Positions 12,960 through 25,310 of a stretch of DNA of 64,000 nucleotides are shown one piece after another. Under the pieces are notes generated by a model, which saw nothing but the letters and a program-made list of their open reading frames with translations, made no database searches and was not told the DNA's origin. The first letter of the stretch is position 1. The number at the start of each line of letters is the position of its first letter. The stretch is taken from assembly GCA_010093815.1 (NCBI GenBank), contig ML996565.1; one strand, written 5' to 3'. This stretch comes from Pseudovirgaria hyperparasitica (taxonomy: Eukaryota). The position numbers and the translations under genes are program-made.

Positions 12960-13833
12960 TTCATGACTGGGGGGAAGTCAGTCGTGGATGCACGGTCTCC
13001 CTTTGGTGTATGTGTATATATATGGAAAAACAAAAATCGGGCGTTCTTGGGATGGGCGCAGGTGTGCTTGTATATACCCCCCCCTTGTTGAAATACATGC
13101 CTTGTCTGGCTCAGCCACTTGTCTTGGCTATACTTTTTTTTGGAATTATATCTGAACGAAATTGTGTTATTCGGTCATTACGTGATGACCCGCCCTCCAT
13201 CCTGCACGTACCCTCGCCATGTCTACGGCCTGGCCTGGTCTGATCAGTAGAAGTTTGTGAGACTCAGTTTATAGTGCACCTCTTCAGGGGTGTTGTGAGT
13301 ATGAGTATGGTATATAGCATATCGTATATAGCATGTATATATATATATATACATATGGCATATATATGTATGTAGCACACATCTGCCACGCTCATGTATG
13401 CGACGTACCTATGTATCTATATATACAGCCAGTCGTTCAGAACAGAGAAGGAACAAGGGAGCAAAGAGAGAAAAGGGAGAAAAGGAGGGATTCTGTCCCT
13501 CTCCATTCCATCCCATCTCATCTCTATCTATCCATATATATATATCTCTATGCCATATTCTTAGTCCATCGACAAACTGCCCGACAACACATATTTACAT
13601 GTCTGCACGTCTACACGTACGTACACACTTCTACGCTTGCTGCCTTTTATCTCTCTTTTTCCCATTGTTCCCCCCCTTTTCACTCTTTCCCCCCCCTCCC
13701 CCTTTGCCCCTCTTTTTCCGGCAAAGACCAAACTCAAGTCAACACATGTCAAGCCAGCGACCCCAAGCCAACCCAGCCAAGCAATCCAGCCCAGCACCAT
13801 GCTCAGAAATTGCCCTCGGCAGTTGCCTCGCCA

Positions 13834-15924
13834 TTAACCGCCCTCGGCAGGTGCCTCGCTATCAGCCGCCACGGCAGCAACACCCCTGGTAACCTCCTCC
13901 AGACAGCCCGAACTAGCAGCCACAAAGCCGAGATACGGCCTGCTCGGCTCCAGGACACGGCTCAGGTACTCGGGGTGAAACTGCACGCCGACAAAGTACG
14001 GGTGGTCGGACAGCTCGACAATCTCCATGCGCTCGCCTTTGTCGTCCTTGCCGATGAAGCTGAGGCCAGCGGCCTCGAGGGGCGCGATAAACGCTGGGTT
14101 GACCTCGTATCTGTGCCTGTGGCGCTCGAGCACGGCGGGCTTGTTGGCGTAGAGGGCGCGCAGCTTGCTCCATTCGCTGCCGGGCTGGAAGAGGGTGGGC
14201 TTGAGGCCGAGGCGCATGGTGGCGCCCATGCTGGCCTTGTCGATCTCGGGCATGTACATGATGACCTTGTTTGTTGCGGCGGCGTCGAATTCCTCGCTGG
14301 TCGCGCCGGCGATGCCGCCCATGTTGCGCGCGAATTCGATGACGGCGATTTGCATGCCGAGGCAGATGCCGAGATACGGTGTTTTGTTCTCGCGCGCCCA
14401 TTTCGCGGCTGCGATCATGCCTTCCGTGCCGCGGAGCCCGAAGCCGCCGGGGACGAGGATGCCGTTGGCTGTGCACACGGAGTGCCAGGCTTTGTGGAAC
14501 GCCGCCGGGTCGTGGTCGCGCGTTGGTGCCTCGAGGTGTTCTGAGTCGACCCAGATCAGGTTCAGCTTGCGTTTGCAGCGCATGGCCGAATGCTCGAGAG
14601 ACTTGATGACCGAGAGGTACGAGTCGTGGAGCTCAATGTATTTGCCAACCAAGGCAATGTTGACTTGGTCTAGGAACTGGTCAGGGGCGGCAACGAGGGT
14701 ACGCCACTGTTTCCAGATACCGGCACCCTTCTGCTCGAGTGTTGGCGAGACTTTGATCTCGTCGGTGCGGAGGATGTCGCGGATCAGGGGCAGGAGACCC
14801 TGCTTCTCGAGAAGAACGGGGACTTGGTAGATTGTGGGCATGTCGCGAACGACGACGATCTGCTCGTTTTCAACTTGGCAGAAGCGAGCAATCTTCTCGA
14901 TGGCAGCTTGTTCCAGACCGACTTCGCTACGGCACGCAATCTACCTAGAGGTCAGCGTCAGGACGTCAAAGTCAAATATAAGCAACCTACCAGGTCCGGA
15001 ATGAGACCAGCACTTCGCACGGCCTTGATTGCTTGCTGCGTAGGTTTCGTCTTCTGCTCCCCATGAATGCTAGGCACGTATGAGACGAAGATCTGCAAGA
15101 AGTTGTTCTTGCCAGCTCTCCGCCGCAGCTGGGTCATCGCCTCGACAAAAGGCATGCTCTCGATATCGCCAACAGTTCCACCAAGCTCGATGATACAGAC
15201 ATCCGGCTCCTCGCCCGTATCATCAACAGGGATCCGCGCAACTCTTTCTATCCAGTCTTGGATTGCATCTGTGATGTGCGGAACCACCTGTACGGTCTTG
15301 CCGAGATAGTCACCCCTTCGTTCCCGCTCAATGACATGCTTGTATATCTTGCCGGTGGTGATGTTGTTCTCGCGAGTCAGGGTGATATTGAGATAGCGCT
15401 CATAGTTGCCGAGATCGAGGTCGACTTCGCCGCCGTCGTCCAGAACGAAGACTTCGCCATGTCTGCGCTTGTATGAGTATGGGCTTATAAGCTTCAATCG
15501 AGCCTTTCATGTAATTGCTCACTCTTTAGGGTTCATGGTACCGGCGTCGACATTGAGGTAAGGGTCCACCTTGATTGACGAGACGTGCATGTTTCATCAG
15601 CTTCGCCCAGTTCATGAGTGGATCGGCAGACATATCTTGAGCCCAATGGTCTTCAGCAGCAGGCCTGTCGACGAGGCTGTGACGCGTTCAGGTTAGCCTT
15701 CAGCCTGGACAAGAATGAAGTCTTCTCCATGTCGAGTGCTGCGTATGGAAGCGGTGTATGGAAGCGAGGTGCATGTGCATGGTGTCGCGAATATAGCACG
15801 CGTACCTATGATGCCCTTTCCCACCCCACTGATCACACCTACGAGCCACAGTCAGCTTTCTTCACCGCACTTGGACATGCATAGCAAAGAAACACGTACC
15901 TCCAGAGACCAAAACGTACTTCAT
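13834..15924 (-). CDS. URA7: CTP synthase, 6 exons including one AT-AC intron
   Basis: Spliced N-terminus [50 protein letters not shown]; also [18 protein letters not shown] and the glutaminase motifs GICLGMQ and QFHPE. Confidence 0.97.
15585..15635 (-). other. 51-nt AT-AC spliceosomal intron in CTP synthase
   Basis: AAG|ATATGT...GCTGAT...CAC|GTC. Removal restores [11 protein letters not shown]; retention gives an in-frame TGA. Confidence 0.85.
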
Positions 15925-16590
15925 CTTGGGGCGTATCAACGAGTATATATGCCGATTCTGGCGTCAGCCAGAGGGAAAGAGAGAAGTCCAAAAAAGCCGG
16001 AGCTTCAAGGATTTTTGACAAGCCACTTTCGATGTGGGGCTCGTGACGCGCTAACGAGGTTTCGCGTTTACGGGTGTGGCGCTCAGGCTTCAGCCCTGTC
16101 CAATCAATCACATGTCAATTTTGTGTGTTTGATATCTGTATACACATTGTTACTCTTCTGCTTCACGGCCTGTGTTGCGCCTGACATTAACAACGATGCC
16201 AGTATATCATATCTGGGCGGTTTTGCACTGGATTTCATAGTAAGTCATGTATACAGCCACACAGCAATCGATTCATGTCGTCTCATGACACTAATCTAGA
16301 TGTATGTATGTATGTATGTGGAAGATCATCTCCTTCAAAAACACTGTGTCACGTCCCAGTCCCCGGTCATGCTACTATTCAACACCACCGTACTCGTACG
16401 CTCCGTCTGGTCCATCTCGGCCGGCCCTTAAGACAGCAGTCAAACGATACGTCGCACAGCCGCATCCCACGTGAGTGAGGCTTTGATCCAACAGATGCCT
16501 CAGCAGCTAGCCTTGTCCATGGTCCTGGTAACCTTGCAGATGCAGCTTGTTCTGGAAGCGGTAGCGGCGTAACACAGCGTGTCACGGCAA

Positions 16591-16778
16591 ACCCCCCGGG
16601 CGATGATCGCTGTGATACGGCAACGTCTGGCGAGTCGTTACCTCGCCGATGTCAGCTTCGTACTAGGGGGGGTCCGGTAAGAGGGCGTGCCTGTTGTGGT
16701 GGCCGCGAAACCGGCGACAGAACCTGGTTCTGCAATGGTGCTTTGTTGGAGACACAAGCAACGACCCGTGGACAGGCA
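16591..16778. ncRNA. Candidate structured RNA element of unknown class
   Basis: At least six nested complementary stems visible by eye; no recognisable tRNA, snRNA or RNase P motif set. Confidence 0.3.
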
Positions 16779-17623
16779 GGCATTCGTAGAAAACTGGGAA
16801 ACACTCTAGGGTTAAATAATCGATGCTATTTCGCCCTTGAGACCGGTACCGTGTGCGAGTAGCCGTCACTGCTGGCATGTCGGCGCCGTCATGCTGTCTC
16901 TATATTGCTCGTGCTCTCGCGTGTCCAACGATTCTGCGGCGTTTCATGCATGGGACTGCGTCGAGAACGACTCGTGGGTCCGATACTGCACGTGTATCGT
17001 TTCTCATCATGCATCCAGCTTTGTTTGTATGGCTCCGCAGGCTGCCACGGTAAGGAGAAATGCATGAATGTTTGGAAACGGAAACCTCCAGAAGTCTCAG
17101 TCCGGGCCCTCGCTTCTCGCATTCTCACTCATTCTACTTCAAATGTCGGTGAAGACTTTGAGAACATGCCCTCGTCGATAGATCGCAACGGGTCATTACT
17201 AATGTCGTACCTCTAGATCATACCCCCTCACATAAACCCCGACGGCCAGTTTCCGTCCCTGAGGTAACAACCGCAAATAACGCCGAATCGCGGCTGTTGA
17301 AGACAAACACCAGGAAAATGCATATGCGGATAGCTGAAAGTGTAGACAATAGAGGGCATCGCTCATGGTCGCATGAATTGACGAAAAAAAAAATTAGTCG
17401 CTATTTGGGTACTCGTATTGATCCTGCGATCTCTTGTAGCCTGGCGATATCGGCCACGCCCCGGCCGCATCGCTGCGAGGGATAGTAGGCTTGGGATAAC
17501 AGCTCCGGTCAAAGCCCTAGAGCAGATAGAAAGCCGAGATATGGCACAGGATTGTTGGTTGATGTCTCCTGAAATGACCTTCTTGTGAGATGGAGTATGC
17601 AGGCTTGGTCTCGCCGTTCTATT

Positions 17624-19042
17624 TCACCAACCCTTGCGTCGTCGCTTGCCTTCCTCTCCATCATCGTCGTCACTACTATTCGGCGCTCGTTTTCGTGCTA
17701 TCGCTTTGTCGTTGCCTTTCTTGACCTGGATGTTACACCCCTGAAGTTTCAAGGCTCTCGTCAAGGCGCTACTGGAGCGCATTCCGGGGAAGTCCTTGGC
17801 TGTGTAGACTGTGAACACGTCACTGAGCACCTCAGTCAAGACCGGAAAGAAAGTGCCAACTTCAAGATTTGCAGGATCGATCCTCATGAGGACGAATCGC
17901 AGCGTGTACTGTCCATGCGTCCGGCACGAAAGATCTGGAAAGCAGAAGAAACAGCCCTCTACGTCGTGCTCGTCTTTCGCGACGGACGGTGAGGCGACGA
18001 GCTGACCCATCAGTCTTCTAGTTGGCCGCTTCTGATCCTGTAGTAGTGATGTTTGCTCTCGTTCGCCTTGAGGATCCCAGAGTGCGCAATGTAAAACATG
18101 CAAACCGTAGCGGAGCTCGTCGTCCACAGGAATTCCAGTGTTCTTGTCAGTCACTTGAAGCTGTATGATCGGTGGAGGATCGATAACCCTGCGGTCACGT
18201 TCCCCAAACCCACAAGCGCGAGCCGCAAGTGGTTGCTGTCGAACCACCAGCTTGTAATCGTATGAACTACTGCGCGCATCGTGATCAGCATCAACCACTC
18301 TGTTCCTCATCGAGATATATATTTACCTTGGATCCGGAGTAGAGTGAGCTGGCCGTGTTGCTGGTCCAGTAGCTGTTCGCGGTGCAGGTCGAGCCGTAGG
18401 AGGGCGAGGCTCCGAATGAACAGCGGGCGGTCCCGTAGTCGAGGGTGCTGAGCTTGCATGCGAACTAAACGAATTTCGAATCGTATTGTTGGCCGAATTG
18501 TACTGCGACGAATAGCTTGGTGATGGCAGGGCAGAAGGGAAACCAGGAGCCTTCCTTTCTACGGGCGAAACAAAATGAGAATCTACATGCAGATGCCGGG
18601 GGTCGTCCGATCGATATCGCGAGTCGCTCGTGGTCCGTTGTCGCGACACGGGAACATACTCACTGCGTGGAGATACGGCAGCTCCGTAGTGCGAAGATGA
18701 AAAGGCTGGCGGCTGGTAGTGACTAGGAGGTGCTGGTCTCTCGTTTGGATAGGATTGAGCAGTGTAGGGCCGAAGTGAGTGCAGAGGACTCTCACGCGGC
18801 GCATACGGGCTAGGATGTATGCTAGGTAGTTGCGCTTGGGTGATTTGCAGATGCAAATCGGGCCTTGGATGAGGCGGCTCCTGTGTCAATGAAGATAATG
18901 GAGGCAGCGTGCGGCGGTACGGATCATCGTGGAAGACTGGCTGGAAATGCGGAGGATTCTGAGTTTCCGTCATGGCCCAAGTGGTCGAGGGAGGATTGGC
19001 AGCAGTCGGAGGTTGCAGAGCCGAAGGAGGAGGACGGGACAT
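17624..19042 (-). CDS. velC: Velvet-domain transcription factor, VelC-like, exons 19042-18327 and 18269-17624
   Basis: Pro/Ser-rich N-terminus and a C-terminal velvet domain: VRQQPLAARACGFGERDRRVIDPPPIIQL, FCFPDLSCRTHG, FTVYTAKDFPGM. Confidence 0.88.
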
Positions 19043-22000
19043 GCGTATGTTTTATTCGTCCGCAGTATTAATTAGATAAGGACGCAACAGACCGCATTAG
19101 GTGCTCAGTCTCCTGGCCCAGCAGTGGAAGTGTCAGCTTGCGGAACGTCTTTCGTTGTGGTATGGGACGCAAGATGATACAAGAATATCACTATGGCGCC
19201 GGTGAAGCGGGAGTGGATGCAAACCTCGTAGCGGGATGGTGGCGGTCCCGGTGTTTATGGGTGACGGAGGGTGCTCTAGCGAAACGGCGACCAAACAAAG
19301 TATTCCAGATCGGCACTTCTAAGATGACCGGAAAAGAACGGGCCAAAGAGCCTGATAGGTTGAATACTCACGTCTCGGACAAGGTAATCCAGGGTTCAGA
19401 TGAAGATTCCGAGCAACTCAAGTGCAGAATGATCCTCCCTTGACGACAATGCGTCGAGTTGTGGACTCGTAATGGCGGATACGACGAACTGCTGCTATAC
19501 AGGAGCAGTGAGAAGAAAGAAACAGCAGTAGCAGTAGCAGCAGTAGCAGCAGCAGCGGAAGAAGAAGACGAAGATATCAGGCATTCAGAGAGCGAGCGTC
19601 CTTGATAGCAGAAGGTAATTAGATAGCGGTGACTGGTACCAGAGTAGACGAGAGCTATTCTTTCGGGGTTGACGATATAGGCACAAAGACACAAAGCAAG
19701 TGGGGTACGAAGGATGGTCCCGGCGGTTTGTTGGGGGTTGCTGGTCTATAGTTGTTGCTCCTACATGGCCTAATGGCACACATAATGCACTCGCTCAGAT
19801 CACACGCATACTCTAGGTCATTTCCCACACAGAAACCTGCCAAACCCTACACCGAGCTTCGGAGTAGAAGATCGCATCAAGAACTCGGTCCTACCCTCAT
19901 ATGTTGTCCACCTTGTAGGTAAAATCGCCTACAAAAACAAATCCAGGCTCCGGACGACGTGGGGAGCAGAGTGACAAAGCCACTGTTTCAGAGACAGAGA
20001 GGTATGCAGAGCGCAAGAGGACAGTCCCACGGTATATCCCGAGCAAAGGATAATTTGAGAGCAATTAGAAGGTACTGTGGATTAGTGAGCATGTACATGT
20101 AACAGCGTTTGCCGGGCACAAGGGCAGCAGTCAGGGCGGAGCAGAAGCAAGCGACGTAACGTCGACAGTGCGCACATGGCCGGTAACCTGGTAGAGAGGG
20201 ATGGCACAGGCATGAGCGCAGACGGGAGGGTATTAGGTAGGAATTGACATGGCAAAAAAAAAAGGTCAGGACAGAACTCTCTGTTGCTCAAACAGGTGTA
20301 CTCTTCGTATCACTGGCAGATGTGGAGCGAGGGAGAGCAGATTGGTGCGCTTCAGTGGATGCAATCAAAAGCAACAGCGATCCGGGATCCAGGGTAGAAA
20401 AGGCATCTCAGGCCGTTCTAACTAAGAGCAGCAGCCAGATGCAGGATTGGGTCAGGGATGGCCAAGATAGGAGATGCAAGAGGAATTTCACAGGCCACTA
20501 AACCCTACCTAAAAACGTTCTCCCCTAACAGCCTCCTCCGTAAAGCTTACAGGCAGACGGGGCGGAAGCAACCGTGGATAGAAAGGTGGAGTCATCCAGG
20601 GGACAGAACCAGTGTCCGGGCTATGGACGGCGAGCGAGATAGGACTGTGTACTATGTAGGTGGTGCAGGGACTAGAAGCATTAGAGCGAGCATGTTATAT
20701 CATAAACAGCTGGCATTATGGTAGTGGTGTGTAGACGTGGTGTGTAGACATGGCGTGGTATATTATAGTAGTGTATGTGCAATGTATGTACCATGTAGTA
20801 TAGTGTCGTGTACCGTGCAGCAGTTCACTGTCCCATCCATCGCTTTTCTTTTTACCTTTTCTCTGGCTCCGGCTTGCTCCACGCCGAAAGAATGATTGAC
20901 AGTCTAAGAATGATAAACAGACCAACAGACTGACTGACATGATTCACGACTCCTGGTGAACCGCGGCTAAAGGCGATCAGCGGCCTTGCTTCCAGTTCCA
21001 TGGGTTTTCCAGGAGATATGTATGTTGCCTCGCTTTTGGGAGGGTGCCCGCAGATTCGCGTTTAATCATAATCATACATCCATAATACCTCCCCGTGAAT
21101 GTAGCCGCAGGAGAACTCCTCGGCGGGTTTTGCCGCCCATTTTTCTCCTTTTTCCCTGATCGTGGTCCGTCTTTCTTTCAAGATGGTGTTAGTATGGGTC
21201 TTGGTCTGCGTTTGGCGGCAGCTGTTGCGTGCGCGTGTGCCCTGCCTGTGCCCTGTGCCCGCCGCATTCCTGGTTTGCGGGCTCTCTCCACAACGGCCGC
21301 CATGGACCTTGTCTCAAGCCACATAGATGTTAATATCCAGTCATTCTGATAGATTATGCATCAAGACAATAGCGGCCCTTACCCTAACTTACTGCGAGCT
21401 TAGATGGAAAGCATCCTGCCCTTTAATTCACGACCGCTCGCCGCCTGTACGGCCCGATCGTCGTCGCAGTGAACCGTCGCCTCGTGCACGATACGTTACG
21501 GCCGGTTCCCGGGTGCCGTGGCCTAACGATAATCATAATAATGCTGATTCCAACATCCATACCACTGTAAATCGGGCATAGCATTTGATAACTCTGGACG
21601 TGCGCTGTGGGGTAAACTGATCAGATGAATCCTTCTCCTCGAGCACAGGACGGCATAGGCACAGAACGTCCGGCCGACGGTCCGATCAAGCTCGTTCCAA
21701 GGTGCTACGATGCGCATCACGAGCGGCATTGCGTCTTGTAGCGTTCGTTCAGCCCGTCATCATTATGAGATGGTTGCAGACGTAGTGGCCGATCGCCAGT
21801 ACGACACGAAAAGCGGCTGGGAGATGAAGTGCAATGCACGAGCTGGAGCAGCGCCCACAACGCCAACGCCAACGCATCTCGGCACTGGAGGACTAGAGAC
21901 AATTACTACCAGGTAATTCCTAGAGAAAAAGCTTGATGAGAACTAAGATACGTTTCTATCCTTTAGTCTTCCACTTTGAGACACGTTGGGGCTTGGCTGG

Positions 22001-23095
22001 CTTCCGGATCCGTCATGCTAGTCGCGAAAGCCATGTTGATTCGGTAGTTGAGATTCATGCATAGGCCGCATACATACATAGTCCATCCGAACGTCACACC
22101 GAGAACGACTGATCAGCATGTGCGTAAAGCAAGACATGGACATGCCCTTGCAATGATTCCGCATCTGAACGGTAAAGTGAAGCATTCGGACAGCGGCGGG
22201 CGCGGCTGTATGATGATATTCACATACGTACACGCACACGCACACGCACACACCACCCGGAAAGTCTAAAAGGTTGTTTTCTCAGCCAGTAGACCGGGAT
22301 ATGTTGGATGGAATAGACTGTGAAAGCGCCTACTATGTACAATAATGCAGTAAGCGAGAAGGAATTCTCGGAGAAGCGAGTAATGGAAATGACAAGGGGA
22401 GCGGTGCAAAGCATAATGCAAAAGTAGACGAGAAGAGGATAGACACATTGGTAGCGTAACAAGCCGGTGACGGACGATAGAGACAAGACGGGAAGACAAC
22501 AAGTGAATGCCAAAACCTTCCCGGGTCTTCCAAGTGATTATCCATGGCCAGCACCAGCTCCCGGACTTCCCTCTCGCGCCGTCCCGAGCAGCACTCTTAC
22601 ATGTCCCCTTTACCGCCCTATTCATAAATGGCTATAGTAGACCTCTAGTATATCCACACGCCCGTATTATTCTATGGCTGGTCGTCAATGAATTCGCAGC
22701 AAATTCCAAGGAAACAATCTTGTCTGTCCATTCACTCACTAGTGATGACTCGTTGTTCCCAGATCGGCAGCAGGACAAGACAATACTGCACTGTACACAG
22801 CTAGTACAATAATTGATATAACAGATGATAGTGAACTAGAAGTAGGTATTCACTGTGACCAGGACCCTGGCTGGCGATCAACGCCATACCCGTCGCTTAC
22901 ACGCTGGCTAGGATCCACTGTTGTCACGCGCTGAGCCTGCAATTGGGATTTTCTGCATCACATCACCACGCCATCCCCATCTCCTTTTTCCATATACTCC
23001 ACCACCACCACCACTACCATCACCACTATAATCACCACTACCATCGCCATCCCCGTATTTCCAGCGCCGTCAGGTCCCAGATCCCAGTGCCCGCC

Positions 23096-24034
23096 ATGAC
23101 CTCGCGGACCACTAACGGCAACTATCGTGGTAACTATCTGCGCCAGCCACCATCCCTTCAAATCTTCACATGCTCTCTCTCTACACACGCTCGTGCCCTC
23201 CACTGACTATCGATTCTTCGTTTCAGCCTACCAAGGTCCCGCACGCCATCAGGGAGCGGCTCCAAATTTGTTGCACGTTCCGGATGCCAGACTGGTGCTG
23301 ATTGCTTCCCTAATCCCGGACATCTTCACCTCCAAGCGCATCCTTGACATTGGCTGCAATACTGGTGTTGTCTCCACCCAGCTAGGTACGTATACGGTGT
23401 ACATACATCTTGATTCACAACCCTAAAGTCACAGGTCGTGGATCGAATTGCTCACTTTTGCCAAGCCATCGATTTCAATGCTGCTTCTGTCCATGGCGTC
23501 GACATCGACTCGTCCTTGATCGACAAGGCAGAATATTACTACCTTCACCGCAGCTCTCGCGTTCTTCCGGCAACTGCTGAGACCGCAAAGGTTCCTGACT
23601 ATTTTCCTTTGTCTGCCGTCCTGGACGCTGGTGTTCGAGCCAAACATGCAAAGGATGACAACGTCTTCTTCGTCGCCGAAGACTGGGTGACTTCGTCTGA
23701 TCATACTGAGACAGCCGGCCCGTTTGACACCATACTCGCGCTCAGTCTTGTCAAGTGGCTGCATCTCAAGCACGGAGATGACGGTCTGCGCAACTTCTTT
23801 GACAAGTGCGCCAGAACCCTGGCTGCCGGTGGCCACCTCGTGATTGAGCCCCAGCCGTGGGTATCGTACGAAAAGGCCATTGCGCAGATGAAGGCCCCAC
23901 AGTACCAGGAAAGCTTTAAAAGCTTGAAGCTGCGACCGGATGACTTTCCCAGGGTGCTGAAAGAAGTTGGATTCGACCTTGTAGCCAGCTCGACGGCCCT
24001 TGCACGAGACATCTTTGTGTACAAAAAGGCATGA
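23096..24034 (+). CDS. BIN3: Bin3/MePCE-family RNA methylphosphate capping enzyme, exons 23096-23129, 23227-23385, 23466-24034
   Basis: GNY N-terminal motif, LDIGCNTG, GVDID, and the Bin3 domain signature FDTILALSLVKWLHL..GDDGL..FF....LVIEPQPW.SY. Confidence 0.9.
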
Positions 24035-24675
24035 AGCGGTCTGAAGGTGGGAGCCTGCCTGTAGGTAGCAGCGTACGGCAATACCAGATGCCTTCATACG
24101 ACACACGCATAAACGTGGTCACTTGTGCACAGCTTGAAAAGACTTGGCTGAGACATTCGATATATTCAGTAAGGCTGTAACATCAAGACGTGTGTTGAGA
24201 ATAAAAACACCATGTTCAGCCCTACCACACATACTCCACCAACTCCCTTATCGTGCATCAGCCCGCTATGGCAGTATGACAAGAACAACACTGTGAATAA
24301 GCGACCCTCCCCAATGATCTGATGGCAATAATGAATCTCAAGCTGCTGTTGAACAGCTCATTCTTGCGCTGTCAGCCCAGTCGTCCAGTCCAGTCCAGCC
24401 CATGCATCGTTCCGTCTTGCACTCCTGCTGCTCGCCGCTAATTAGGAGATGCGCTATCGTGCTGTCATCTGATGGGGCCTTGCCAGAACAATCCGACACA
24501 GGCGCGTCACACACTACGTGCGTGCATCCATGGCATGGGACTCTGCAGAGTACGGCTCCGCTTCCCTCAAGCAGTGTATCGCGAGATCAGGGCATCACAG
24601 GGCATCAGGACAGGAATGGTGGTCTACATTCGTGATTCGGTGTTGTTCGCTTAGAGATGTTTGACCTGGACTGGT

Positions 24676-24778
24676 GGTGTTGTGCTGTGATGTGATGTGT
24701 TGTGTTGTGTTGTGGTGTGTTGTGGTGTGTTTTGGTGTCGTTGGTGTCGTGCTGGCGGGCGGGCGGGCGGACGGGCGA
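24676..24778. repeat. Degenerate (TGTGN)n microsatellite followed by (GGCG)n
   Basis: Directly visible simple repeats. Confidence 0.85.
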
Positions 24779-25310
24779 ACAGCTCATCATCTGCAGCTGG
24801 AATCCCTGGAGACTTGCATCTGGGCTGCATTACGGCATGGATATGGAGAAAGTTTAGTGAGAAGACGGACTGCAACGGCACTCGAAGCGAGATGTCTTGT
24901 AACAACATCATGAAATTGAAACAATCTTAGAGATCACTCAAGCAACGAAGTCTGGGTATGTCAGAGTAAGTGAATATGTATTGCTGGAGACCAAAACAAC
25001 TGATAGTACCCAGCCAGCGGACTCGAGAAAAGTGCGTATATTACCTACCAACACAGGCAGATACTGTCACGGAAGTACCCGAGGCCCGTTTCTGTCTAGC
25101 GTGCGACAGGAGTGAACACAATCCAAACGACACAGCAACTCAACCCGAACATCCATCCATCAACCCCCTCTGTCGTCTCCAATCTTCTTCCTCCCCTACG
25201 CCCTCCGTCCTCCGTCAATAATGCCATATCTGCAAGACGAATGAGTGTGACTTGCTTTCAAGGAACCCTAGGGCTAGCCACGTAGCGCTGCTGGGCGTCT
25301 GGTGCATTCA

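Noticed and set aside
13333..14830. Long + strand ORFs (403 aa, 221 aa)
   Set aside because: Antisense shadows of the GC3-rich CTP synthase exon.
16688..16778. Cloverleaf-like layout as a tRNA
   Set aside because: No T-loop GTTCRA, no D-loop GG pattern and wrong arm sizes.
19800..23000. Many short ORFs between velC and BIN3
   Set aside because: No motifs, codon bias or consistent splice structure; most likely the extended velC regulatory region.
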